From Octopus sinensis (Eukaryota), in assembly GCF_006345805.1 (NCBI RefSeq), contig NC_043014.1, forward strand, positions 34,410,001 to 34,474,000: a stretch of DNA of 64,000 nucleotides, given 5' to 3'. The translations under genes were made by a program, and so were the position numbers. Of the stretch, positions 52,106 to 64,000 are shown in pieces (position 1 is the stretch's first letter; each line of letters opens with the position of its first letter). The notes beneath the pieces are model-generated. The model was not told where the DNA came from. It saw nothing but the letters and a program-made list of their open reading frames with translations, and ran no database searches.

Positions 52106-52123
52106 TGCATGTCTGTCTGCATG
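52106..52123 (+). promoter_or_regulatory. Two TGCATG (RBFOX-type) splicing elements ~240 nt upstream of the candidate microexon
   Basis: TGCATG at 52106-52111 and 52118-52123, in a stretch where I recognised no transposons. Confidence 0.45.
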
Positions 52124-52361
52124 GTTTGTTTCATTTGTCTTGAAACTTTCATGAAATTACTTCACTGTCTGAGAATAATGTTATTTCCCAAAAGAAAAGC
52201 TTCTTTGTATGTATTTATTATTCAGCTTTCCTCTAACTGAAAGAATTACATGTGCCTCACCCGAAATAGTTGTTTGTTGTCAGTGTTTTTTTTTTTTTTT
52301 CTTTTCTTCTTCTGTGTATGTGTTTTTTTGTTTTTTGCTATGCTATTGCATATTTTTGCAG

Positions 52362-52388
52362 CATACTAAAAGATTGTTCTTCAAAAGG
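52362..52388 (+). CDS. PTPN1: Candidate 27-nt in-frame microexon of the PTPN1/2-like gene: HTKRLFFKR
   Basis: About 76 nt of AG-free, U-rich sequence with TGC at 52336, 52341 and 52347, then a TTTTGCAG acceptor. The donor is AGG|GTAAGT. Phase 0-0 matches exon F and there is no stop codon. Confidence 0.65.
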
Positions 52389-52878
52389 GTAAGTTCTGTA
52401 TTTTCTTTGACGCCCAGTTTGTTCTCTAAGCTGGCCTTTATTTGGCACAGGTTCACATTTGCTAGAGAGCAGAATGTTTCTCTTTCGTTTACTGGCACAA
52501 GTTCATGGCAATATCCATTCTGTTTGTAATCGTTAAGTAGCCGACTTAATTAATACTTTGGTGTTGCACCAATCTATTATCTTTTTAAGCTCAATGCTTG
52601 AGATTCAGCTTCACTCAGGTTATTCAAGAGACATTGCTTGAGCCAACCAGCCGTTAACCTGCAGTGGTTCCTACTAAACATGTTTCATTTCAACCATCAT
52701 TCATCAACTGTCTGTGCTCCTGCAAATACACACACACACACACGTAAATATTGAACAATGAGAATGAGTGCTCAACATCACACTGGTGGATAAAGATTCG
52801 TTATTTGTGTATGTTCCATATGATAAGCTTGATAATTGTTAAGGTATTCCTTAACATGAAACTAATGGTAACCTTAAT

Positions 52879-53219
52879 ACGCAAATATAGTATATATATA
52901 AATTAGAAGAAAAACACCTTTTATCAATTCAAAATGAAAAATTAAATTAAATTACACCATCTAGAAAATTACATATAATAGAAATATTAAATATAAGATA
53001 AAAAATAATATACCGATAATTAAGTAATGTGCAAAATAATAAATAAAACGTATATATTTATTATTTTGCACATTACTTAATCATCGGTATATTTTTTATC
53101 TTATATTTAATATTTCTATTATATATAATTTTCTAGATGGTGTAATTTAATTAAATTTTTCATTTTGAGTTAATAAAAGGTGAGTTTTTTCTAATTTATA
53201 TATATATTATATTTTGTGA
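52879..53219. repeat. AT-rich near-perfect palindrome (~165-bp arms, ~9-nt loop 53046-53054)
   Basis: ...TACACCATCTAGAAAATTA...GTGCAAAATAATAAATA [loop] TATTTATTATTTTGCAC...TAATTTTCTAGATGGTGTA... Confidence 0.92.
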
Positions 53220-54439
53220 AATTTGATTTAATATTTCTAAATTGAATTTTTCCCTGTAAGTTTGGAATAATATTCCCTCAATTTATTATTATTATATATA
53301 TATATATATATATAGTGCTATAAATATCTATGAATATCTATAAATATCTTGTTTCCTCAGACTAGCAAGGGCTGTCTAAATGATTGCTTAACTTGCTAGA
53401 GATAGTCAAATCTCTTTGGGATCATACCTTTAAAAAAAATGGGTAAAGTGATATTGGATAATAGTCCTAGATACTGTGTGTGTGTGTGTAACTGGATATT
53501 CATAGCTTGAGTATATTTGATCATAGGTCTTTTTGACCGTGGCTGACCTGGGTCTATGCAATAACAACTAGAATACACTGTAGTAAACCATTACCTTATG
53601 TCAATGTAGCTTATATAGTTGTGTCATTACAGCTTCTTCAGCTGTAAAGCATGAGAAAATGCTAAAAGATTTTAAAATATATGTGTAGGCATGGCTGTGT
53701 AGTTAAGAAGCTCACTTTACAACCACATAGTGTTGGGTTCAGTCCCACTACATGGATCCTTGGGCATACATCTTCTACTGTAGCCAAAGGATGACCGATG
53801 CCTTGTGAGTGAATTTGGTAGACAGAAACTCTGTTGAAGCACATCACATATATTTGTTTGTGTTTGTTCCCCACCATCACTTGACAACTGATGTGAATAT
53901 GTTTTCATCCCCATAACTTAGTAGGTCAGTCTAAGAAACTGATAGAATAAGCACCAGATTTTAAAATAAGTACTGGGGTCAATTTGTTTGACTCAACCTC
54001 TCTAGGCAGTGCTCCAGCATGGCCGTAGTCCAATAACTGAAACAAGTAAAATATAAGCGGTACATATTGCAGTGAATTTATTCTTCATAATTTTGGCAGG
54101 TGCCTTGTAAATATTGGGAACAGAGCACAAATAGTCAAAACAGTGATGAAAGTCAATGAAAAATCAACATTAACTTGGAGGAAATATTAATCTAAAGAAT
54201 ATGGAATGGAATAGCCATCTTTTTATGACTGTAAGATAACACTAAGCTAGAGTCTTATGTGGTCACTCAACCTGCTGGAAATAGCAGCCAGTTTCCCCTC
54301 AGACCACACTACTAAAGTAAAAAGGACTTGTTGGGTAAAATGTACCTGAAAAACATCAGGACGGTCATGACTGGAATGTCTTTGATAGTAGAAGTCTGTC
54401 TACTTGATCAGAGCAAGCCTGGGGTTAAATAATAACTGT

Positions 54440-54800
54440 TGAAGGTGCAAAATCACCTCCCTCCGACAAGTCCTCCTAATGAGACATCTGCGTTGGCTGG
54501 GTCATGCTCTCCGTCGTCAACCAGGAGAATTCATCTATGAAGCAATTGCCCCAGCTCCCCTTCTGGGTTGGTGAAAGCGATGTGGTGGACAACGAAAAAC
54601 TTGGCTGATGACAGCCAAGGCTGATCTGGAATCCAACCTAGGCCCCCATATCTATGGCATTTGCCGCTGGAATAAGGAGTGGTTGGAGATCACACGGTAG
54701 TTAGCCTCAAATCACCAGGTCTGGTCGGCATTTGTGAGAGATGCAGCATTGAGGATGAATGAAGCCAGCTCAACCCACCCCGGGTGAATGCTGTCTCAAG
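54440..54800 (+). mobile_element. 3' end of a second RTE-clade family
   Basis: Translates LLMRHLRWLGHALRRQPGEFIYEAI...GGQRKTW...KADLE..LGPHIYGICRWNKEW...WSAFVRDA...THPG*, the LRWLGH...RKTW pattern of RTE C-termini. Confidence 0.72.
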
Positions 54801-54815
54801 ACATTCTATATATAT

Positions 54816-55200
54816 ACATCATCATCATCATCATCATCATTTAGCGTCCGTTTTCCATGCTAGCATGGGTTGGACGGTTCAACTGGGGTCTGGGGAGCCC
54901 GAAGGCTGCACCAGGCCAGTCAGATCTGGCAGTGTTTCTACAGCTGGATGCCCTTCCTAACGCCAACCACTCCGAGAGTGTAGTGGGTGATTTTATGTGC
55001 CACCGACACAGGTGCCAGACGAGGCTGGCGAACGGCCACGCTCGGATGGTGTTTTTATGTGCCACCGACACAGGTGCCAGACGAGGCTGGCAGACGGCCA
55101 CGCTCGGATGGTGTTTTTATGTGCCACCGACACAGGTGCCAGATGAGGCTGGCGGACGGCCACGATCGTGGCCGTCCGCCAGGATGGTGTTTGTTCCGTG
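54816..55200 (-). mobile_element. RTE 3' UTR fragment with ~3.5 tandem 58-60-bp units
   Basis: (CAT)n head and repeated ATGTGCCACCGACACAGGTGCCAGACGAGGCTGG units. Inverted partner of 40500-40783. Confidence 0.88.
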
Positions 55201-55246
55201 CTTTGGGGACGGAACACACATATATGTATAGAATAAGTATATATAC

Positions 55247-55279
<33 letters not shown>

Positions 55280-55597
55280 CATATTTCGTTTTTGGATTTG
55301 GTTTGCAAGATTCTTTATGAGTTCGTGTGTTGAAGCATATTCTGTTGTGTCTGGGGAGAGTCATTCTCTTTCAGTGCCTTATTATTTAACACACTCACCG
55401 GTAAAATTTCCACTTATTTCTTATTTTTATTTTCTAAAATTTTCATTGCGTCTTGCAACCTTTTCAAGGCTATTGAAAAGGTTGCAAAACACAACGAAAA
55501 TTTTAGAAATAAAAATAAGAAATAAGTGGAAATTTTACCGGTGAGTGTGTTAAATAATAAGGCACTGAAAGAGAATGACTCTCCCCAGGCACAACAG
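55280..55597. mobile_element. Palindromic long-TIR element (arms ~126 bp, 5-nt loop GGCTA at 55468-55472) plus 65-bp tail
   Basis: 55342-55597 is self-complementary and is homologous to 25108-25412. Confidence 0.88.
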
Positions 55598-55683
55598 TAT
55601 ATATACATATATGTATATATACATATATATATGTATGTATATATATGTATATGTATATATATGTATGTATATATATGTATATG

Positions 55684-55720
<37 letters not shown>

Positions 55721-58392
55721 GTATATGTATATATATGTATATGTATATATACGTATATGTATATATATGTATATATACGTATATGTATATATATGTATAT
55801 GTATATATATGTATATGTATATATATGTATATATATGTATATGTATATATATGTATATGTATATATACGTATATGTATATATATGTATATATACGTATAT
55901 GTAATAATGTATATATACGTATATGTATATATATGTATATATACGTATATGTAATATACGTATATGTATATATACGTATATGTATATATACGTATATGTA
56001 TATATACATATATGTATATATACGTATATGTATATATACGTATATGTATATATACATATATGTATATATACGTATATGTATATATACGTATATGTATATA
56101 TACGTATATGTATATATACATATATGTATATATACGTATATGTATATATACGTATATGTATATATACATATATGTATATATACGTATATGTATATATACA
56201 TATATGTATATATACATATATGTATATATACATATATGTATATATACATATATGTATATATACATATATGTATATATACATATATGTATATATACATATA
56301 TGTATATATACATATATGTATATATACATATGTATATATATATATGTATATATGTATATAACATATGTATATATACATATATATATGTATATATACATAT
56401 ATATGTATATACATATATATATGTATATATACATTATATATGTATATATACATATATATATGTATATATACATATATATATGTATATATACGTATATATA
56501 TGTATATATACGTATATATATGTATATATACGTATATATATGTATATATACGTATATATATGTATATATACGTATATGAATATATACGTATATGTATATA
56601 TACGTATATGTATATATATGTATATATACATATATATATGTATATATACGTATATGTATATATACGTATATGTATATATACGTATATGTATATATACGTA
56701 TATGTATATATACGTATATGTATATATACGTATATGTATATATACGTATACGTATATATACATATATATACATATATATATGTATATATACATATATATA
56801 CATATATATATGTATATATATATATATGTATATGTATAATATAATGTATATATATGTATATGTACATATATATATGTATATATATGTATATGTACATATA
56901 TATATGTATATGTATATATATGTATATGTATATATACATATATATATGTATATATATGTATATGTATATATACATATATATATGTGTATATATATGTATA
57001 TGTATATATACATATATGTATGTATATATATATGTATATGTATATATACATATATGTATGTATATATATGTATATGTATATATACATATATGTATATATA
57101 TATATGTATATGTATATATATGTATATGTATATATATGTATATGTATATATACATATATGTATATATATATATGTATATGTATATATGTATATGTATATA
57201 TACATATATGTATATATACATATATTATATATATATTATAATGTATATATACATATATGTATATATATGTATGTATATATGTTATGTATATATATGTATA
57301 TGTATATATACATATATATATGTATATATACATATTATACATATATATATGTATATATACATATATATATGTATATATATGTATATGTATATATATACAT
57401 TATATATGTATATATAATATATTATGTATATATACATATATATATGTATATAATGTATATGTATATATACATATATATATGTATATATATGTATTATGTA
57501 TACTATACATTATATATTTATATATATATGTATATATACATATATATATGTATTATATATATGTATATATATCATATATATATGTATATATACATATATA
57601 TATGTATATATATGTATATTACATATATATTATATATATATATGTATATACATATATATATGTAGTATATGTATATGTATATATATATGTATATATATGT
57701 ATATGTATATATATGTATTGTATATATATGTATATATATGTATATTTATATATATTATATATGTATATGTATATATACATATATATATTATATGTATATA
57801 TACATATATATCTGTATATATATGTATATGTAATATACCTATATATATGTATCTATGTATATTTATCTATACATATATATATGTATATATATGTATATGT
57901 ATATATACATATTATATGTATATATATGTATATGTATATATACGTATACATATATATATGTATATATATGTATATGTATATATACGTTATATATATATAC
58001 ATAGGAACATATGTATATATATATATGTATATATACGTATATGTATATATGTATATATACGTATATGTATATATGTATATATACGTATATGTATATATGT
58101 ATATATACGTATATGTATATATGTATATATACGTATATGTATATATACGTATATGTATATATATATACGTATATATATATATATATATATAGAATATGCA
58201 TATATACTTATATATAGAATATGCATATATACTTATATATAGAATATGCATATATACTTATATATAGAATATGCATATATACTTATATATAGAATATGCA
58301 TATACTTTATATAGAATATGCATATATACTTATATATAGAATATGCATATATACATATATATAGAATATGTATATATATAATATGTATTTCT

Positions 58393-58420
<28 letters not shown>
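55598..58420. repeat. ~2.8-kb compound TA-rich satellite (TA/TATG/TACA/TACG, 16-18-bp higher-order units; terminal ~24-bp TATATATAGAATATGCATATATACT-type unit x ~7)
   Basis: Read directly. Source of the spurious Y/I/H/M ORFs. Confidence 0.97.
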
Positions 58421-58427
<7 letters not shown>

Positions 58428-58843
58428 GCATTTGTCTGCCAGTGGTCGTGCTTAAAGTCTCACTTAGTTGTGAGAAGTTTGTTTTGGGATGCATATCCCT
58501 CCTGAAAATTGTTTTAGTTTAACTGCTATTTTTGACTGGTATTTCTGACTGTTTTTGTGCCCGTGGATTACCATTTTGGCCAGGAGTACCGGGACGGCCA
58601 GGAAAATTACTGTTTTTTGTGTCTCACTTAATTGTGAGAAACCAAAATCGAAATTTTGTGCTGCGACGGAACACTGTGGATTACCTGTGTAGTGGAATTG
58701 TGTTGCCATTTGAACTGTCTTCCTTCATTCTGTTTCTTCTCTCCTCTGTCTTTCCATTCTTTTTTGTGTTTATTATTGACTTTAATTTGAATTTTTGAAC
58801 TTTTGTGTTGAACATTTTACATTTTATCTATTTATTTATTTTT

Positions 58844-59759
58844 AATATTCTCCCAAAGAGTCTGAGGAACTTGCACAAAGTAGATGTAGCGGTTTTTAAA
58901 TCAAAGCTGGACATCTTCCTGTTCAGAGTCCCAGATGAACCTACCTCACGGCAAGAGGTGCAAATGAGAGTAGCTATATCAAACTCCATTCTTCACCAAG
59001 TGCCACATATTAGAGGAGGTTCTTCGTAATAACAGTGTAGCACAAAACGGCGGTGCATCAGCATGGCTGCAGCTCTGAGCTGAAATAAAAAAATAAAAAA
59101 AATATGACAACAAAAAATACTGTTTTGGGTTTTGGAGCGGCAAATAGTAGCCCCCAAACAGCGGTTGCAAAATTTTTCTGAGAGAATGGTGGTGTTAAGA
59201 ACCTATTCTAAGGTTCTTGACACCATCACTGTGTTCTCACAGACAGACATTATAAAAGAGTTGGCAGAGCACCTGCCAATGATTAAGTTTATCCAAAGGG
59301 GTGTTAAATACACGAGTGTGTGTTGTTTGACACCCCTGCGGAGGCTCGAGATTTCGCGAGCAGGCCATTTACATATTTGGCATTGAAAGCTACACCAATG
59401 CCAGAACAGGGCGACATTGCATATTGCCAAAGATCCCAGTAACGCCATTGTGCTTCAGGACCAGTTACTGCAACTGCCTGGGTTTCAGGGGCCCACAGCT
59501 TTTTAATATTCTTCCAAAAAGCCTGAGGATCCAGCACAAAGTTGATGTAGGTGTTTTTAAATGAAAGCTGGACCTCTTCCCGTCGAGAGTCCCAGATGAA
59601 CCTACTTCATGGCAAGGGGTGCAAATGAGGGTAGCTACATCAAACTCCATATTTCTTCAAGTGCCACATATTGGTGGAGGCTCTCTGTAATAACAGTATA
59701 GCAAAAAAACAGTGTATCAGCATGGCTGCAGCTCTGAGCTGAAACTACCGGAAAAAAAA
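58844..59759 (+). mobile_element. Two tandem L2/CR1-type LINE 3' ends (58844-59101 and ~59130-59759), each with an A-rich tail
   Basis: Both translate to FNILPKSLR...VDV.VFK.KLD.F..RVPDEPTS.Q.VQMRVA.SNSI..QVPHI.GGS and share the 3' UTR CAGCATGGCTGCAGCTCTGAGCTGAAA. Confidence 0.8.
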
Positions 59760-59760
59760 A

Positions 59761-59824
59761 TATAACATGTATATATATAATATGTGTATATAATATATAT
59801 ATATATGTATATATATAATATGTG

Positions 59825-59877
<53 letters not shown>

Positions 59878-60812
59878 ATGTGTATATAATATATATATAT
59901 ATATATATAATGTGTATATATAATATGCATATATATATGTGTATATATATAATATGCATATATATATATATATGTGTATATAATGTGTATATATATTTGT
60001 GTATAATGTATTTGTGTGTTTATGTGCATATGTATATGTGTGTGTATATGTATATAAATAGATATGTGTGTGTGTGTGTATATATATATACACACATACA
60101 TATATGTATGTATATATGTATATATATATGTATTATGTATGTATATATGTATGTATATGTATATATATGTATGTATATGTATGTATATATATATATATGT
60201 ATGTATCATCATCATCATCATCATATATATGTATATATGTATGTATATATATATATGTATGTATGTATATATATATATATATATGTATGTATGTAATATA
60301 TATATATATGTATGTATGTATATATATATATGTATATATGTATATATATATGTATGTATGTATATATATATATGTGTATATATGTATATATATATGTATG
60401 TATGTATATATATATATGTATATATGTATATATATATGTATATATATGTATATATGTATATGTATGTATGTATATATATATGTATATATATGTATATATG
60501 TATATGTATGTATGTATATATATATATGTATATATGTATGTATATATGTATATATGTATATATATATGTATATATGTATGTATATATATATATATGTATA
60601 TATGTATGTATGTGTATGTATGTATGTATATATTATGTATGTATGTATTATATATATATATATATGTATGTGTATGTATGTATGTATATATATATGTATG
60701 TGTATGTATGTATGTATATATATATGTATGTGTATGTATGTATGTATATATATATGTATGTATGTATATATATATATATATATATATATTATGTTCATAT
60801 GTGTATTATATA

Positions 60813-60848
<36 letters not shown>

Positions 60849-60850
60849 AT
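59761..60850. repeat. ~1.1-kb TA/TATG compound microsatellite with an embedded (CAT)n run (~60205-60222)
   Basis: Read directly. Confidence 0.97.
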
Positions 60851-63800
60851 GTAGATATACTCAATATTCAATTTTTGGGGATTAATCGATATGCAGGTAT
60901 TCTATTTCAGATAATACAAAAATAACCTAATGAGTATATCTGAAAAGGGTGAAGGGGCTCACTTCATTATTTCATCTTTCATTTATTTAAAGCAATCGTT
61001 TAAAAACAATTGTTACTTATTGTAAATTTTTGAACTTGAACTTGGGCCATTCACAGTGAAAACACCACCTTGAGTGTGTGTTTGTTCACCTCACTATTGT
61101 TGTCGTTGTTATTATTATTATCATTATTATTATTATTATTATTATGTTAAGCATTTTCTGCAACCAGTTCAGTTAAAGTGACTTTGCTACCCTGCTGCAC
61201 ATTTTCTCACTTTCACTTTTGAAGAAAGAACCGTTTGGAAGTTTCGGGACAAAAATTGGTTTTGAACTTTGCAAAGCTTTCTTTCTGTTGATTGTTTTTT
61301 TTTTTGTCTTTCTTTCCTTTAGAACACACTTCCACATCTTCCATGATTGCTGTAGATTGTAGGTTCAAAATGCTTGATGCCCATGCCACTGCAAAATTTC
61401 AGCTTTGCTTGGCCAAAGACTGGAATTGTGAAAATTTTTTTTTTTTTGTTGTAGGTGTAGAAAAAACAACTGCAATAAAAGATGTCAAAGCAGTTGTAAT
61501 AGTAATAGTACACATCAGTGATAGCAACAGTAACCTAAGCACTACTGATTTTTGTTGTAATAATGTTGTGTATTAAAAATTTTTTTTCTACTCTCCATCA
61601 AATGCAACACATCATGTAATTCAATTTAATTTAATCTTTATGCACACACTTCTACACACTTACACATCAACGCCCCCATCACATACACATTAACTATGTA
61701 CTCACTTTTACACATCTCTATGCCATATACACTATATGCACTCACAGGATCACTGTGCTCCCACCATACACATGTTACTACATGCTGAAACTCTTTACTT
61801 TGTTCCTACCATATTAACACATTTCAATATTCTCCAGTTATCCTAGTACATTATCACTGCAAAATTTGGTCATACACTCACATACTACCCTTATACAGTT
61901 TACATTCGCACCATAGTATTCTATCGCTATACAAGTTATATTCTTGCTCTCATGTAAAATTTAGTCATACTAACAAATTACTACTATAAAGTTTAGTCCC
62001 GCACTTTGTGTGCAACCTAATATAGCATCCCAATAAAATATAGTCACATTCTTGTCTGCCACTCCTACAAAATATGCTGTTGTTGTTGTTAAGCAACAAG
62101 ACGGGTAAGGGTGATTAGGTGATGGTCTAGGGCTTAGGGGCGGGAGACCCCAGACCTTGGGAAAAAAAACTTTGGTCATCTTGTTGTAGTCGAGGGCCCT
62201 TCGTTGATGCCTGACACCACTGGGAGGTGGCCCTCGAAGTCACTGGAAATGGAGATCTCCAGGTCCAAATTCTTGGACGGCTAAAAAATATACTGCCATG
62301 CCATAGTCTGCTACCCCTATAAAATTTTGTCACTCTCCTTGTACATTGCCTCTATAAAATTTAGTTATACTCTAGTGTACTGTCTTGATAAAATATACTG
62401 TCATTCTTAAATGGTACCCTTATCACTATCCTGCATTACGTTATTATATTGTTACTAGTTAAGTACAATGATCAAGATAATTGAATGCCACCCCCTGCTC
62501 ACACACACACACACACACACATGATTTAGTAAAGGCAGCTGAGTGGCAAAAATTTAACCCTTTTGCATTCACATCATTTTGTCAAAAGCAATGCTTATTT
62601 ATTCACATTGTTTTGAATTAGTCATGCATTATCTTGTAACTTTGGGAGTTTGTATGAGGCGATTGTTAATGTTTAGAATGACATTGTAGGTTAGGTATGA
62701 GAGGCTTAGATCTGACCGGTTTGGATATAAAACTGGTAGAATATTTTTGCTGGATATGGCCAGTTTGAATGCTAAAGAGTTAAAGCTTTGTTTTAAGTTA
62801 AAATCATTTCAAGATCAACTTTGCTTTTCAATGTTCACTCTGAAGTTGGTGGGGTACATCTCAAGAACATAAATACTAGTCAGCCTTTCAGTGTTCTGTT
62901 GGGAAGGGGGAAATATATTCCAAGACAATAAATACTAATTATCTAATGGGAATGTTTCAATTAACTATGTCAAGTGCCTCAAAAATTGTTGCCTTGTGCA
63001 GCTAATTTTGGTCATTATTTCCTCGTAATATCACAAAATATTCTGAAGAAGTCGTTTTTTTTTGTTTTTTTTTTTTACTTTTTAATTAAAGTTATGAGAT
63101 TTTAGTAAAAAATTCAAGTCTACCTGCTTCAGTTACATTAATATGACCTTCTACTGTTGTGGTCATTCTTTCAAAAAGTTACTCTGGCATAAAGCGGAAG
63201 TTTGTTGATGTCATAATGTTTGTGACAAAAGTGAAGGCGAAGAATATGCTGTCTTCTAATAACAAATTTACTGAATCATGGGTGGGAGTGGCAAATATGT
63301 TTTAAATGAATGGACCCTTTGTCAGCATGTGATTGTAAGCTGGAAAATGCAGCTGGGAGAGGGAAGTCAAGGCAATTTTGGATCTGCAGAATTTTTTGAT
63401 TGACATAGGTGGCTGTCCTCCTTTTGGGATGCTTTGCCTCTTTCTTAAAAGAAATTGTCATTAGTGCTGCAAACTGGCAGAATTGTTACTACACTTGGCA
63501 AAATGCTTTGCAGGCTTTTTTTTTCTTTTTCTGAATTGTTACATTCTGAGTTCAAGGGATTAACTTAGTTCTTCATTCCTCTAGCATCAATAAAATAAAG
63601 TACCAGTGAAGTTTTGAGATTAATGTAACTGACTTGTCCTCTTGCCTTGTGGCTTTGTGCCTAAAGCAGAAACTATTATTATTATTCATAGTAGTAGTAG
63701 TATTAAGGTAGTGAACTGGCAGAATCATTAGAGCATCTGATGAAATGTTTAGCAGCATTTCTTTCAGCTCCTAATGTTCTGAGTTCAAATCTTGCACCAA

Positions 63801-64000
63801 AGTCAGTTTGACTCCTACTTTATTTTATCTTCCTGAAATTTATCTACACCTTCTAAAGACCTCAAGCATAAGAAATCTGTGAGTGAACATGACCTAGGCA
63901 TTCTTGTTGACAATGATTTTGTGATGGACAAAGCACATTTCTATAATTGTCAAAAAAAAAAAAAAAAAAAAAACAAACCAAAGGTATTTTAGGACAGTGG

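Noticed and set aside
54985-55170. CRISPR-like regularly spaced ~58-bp repeats
   Set aside because: Contiguous tandem units with no unique spacers, inside a eukaryotic LINE 3' UTR, with no cas genes.
55414-60925. Very long ORFs (up to 572 aa) of Y/I/H/M/C/V
   Set aside because: Translations of TA-rich satellites that lack stop codons by composition. They are open in many frames on both strands.

Overview
AT-rich, repeat-saturated animal genomic DNA. The SINE/RTE/microsatellite repertoire suggests a coleoid cephalopod such as Octopus (inference, not verified). The one host gene I can support is a + strand non-receptor protein tyrosine phosphatase of the PTPN1/PTPN2 (PTP1B/TC-PTP, Drosophila Ptp61F) family. 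Six exons (22673-47537, 858 nt, 286 codons) splice in frame and rebuild an intact catalytic domain ([52 protein letters not shown]). One of its introns has a non-canonical GC donor. A candidate 27-nt microexon (52362-52388, HTKRLFFKR) follows the catalytic domain and carries the cis-signature of SRRM3/4-type neural microexons plus two RBFOX elements. The first exon and the C-terminal exons were not found. The introns hold 5'-truncated RTE LINEs (with a PHD finger inside the RT), CR1/L2-type 3' ends, several tRNA-derived SINE families, TTAA-flanked piggyBac-type MITEs, an internally deleted piggyBac-like relic, DD37D, DD36E and mariner relics, a Helentron-like element, several long hairpins, and two kb-scale TA-rich satellites that generate the spurious long Y/I ORFs. 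Two near-identical inverted RTE pairs bracket the catalytic exons, giving the pre-mRNA long-dsRNA and back-splicing potential. Exon coordinates were counted by hand; most repeat boundaries are approximate.
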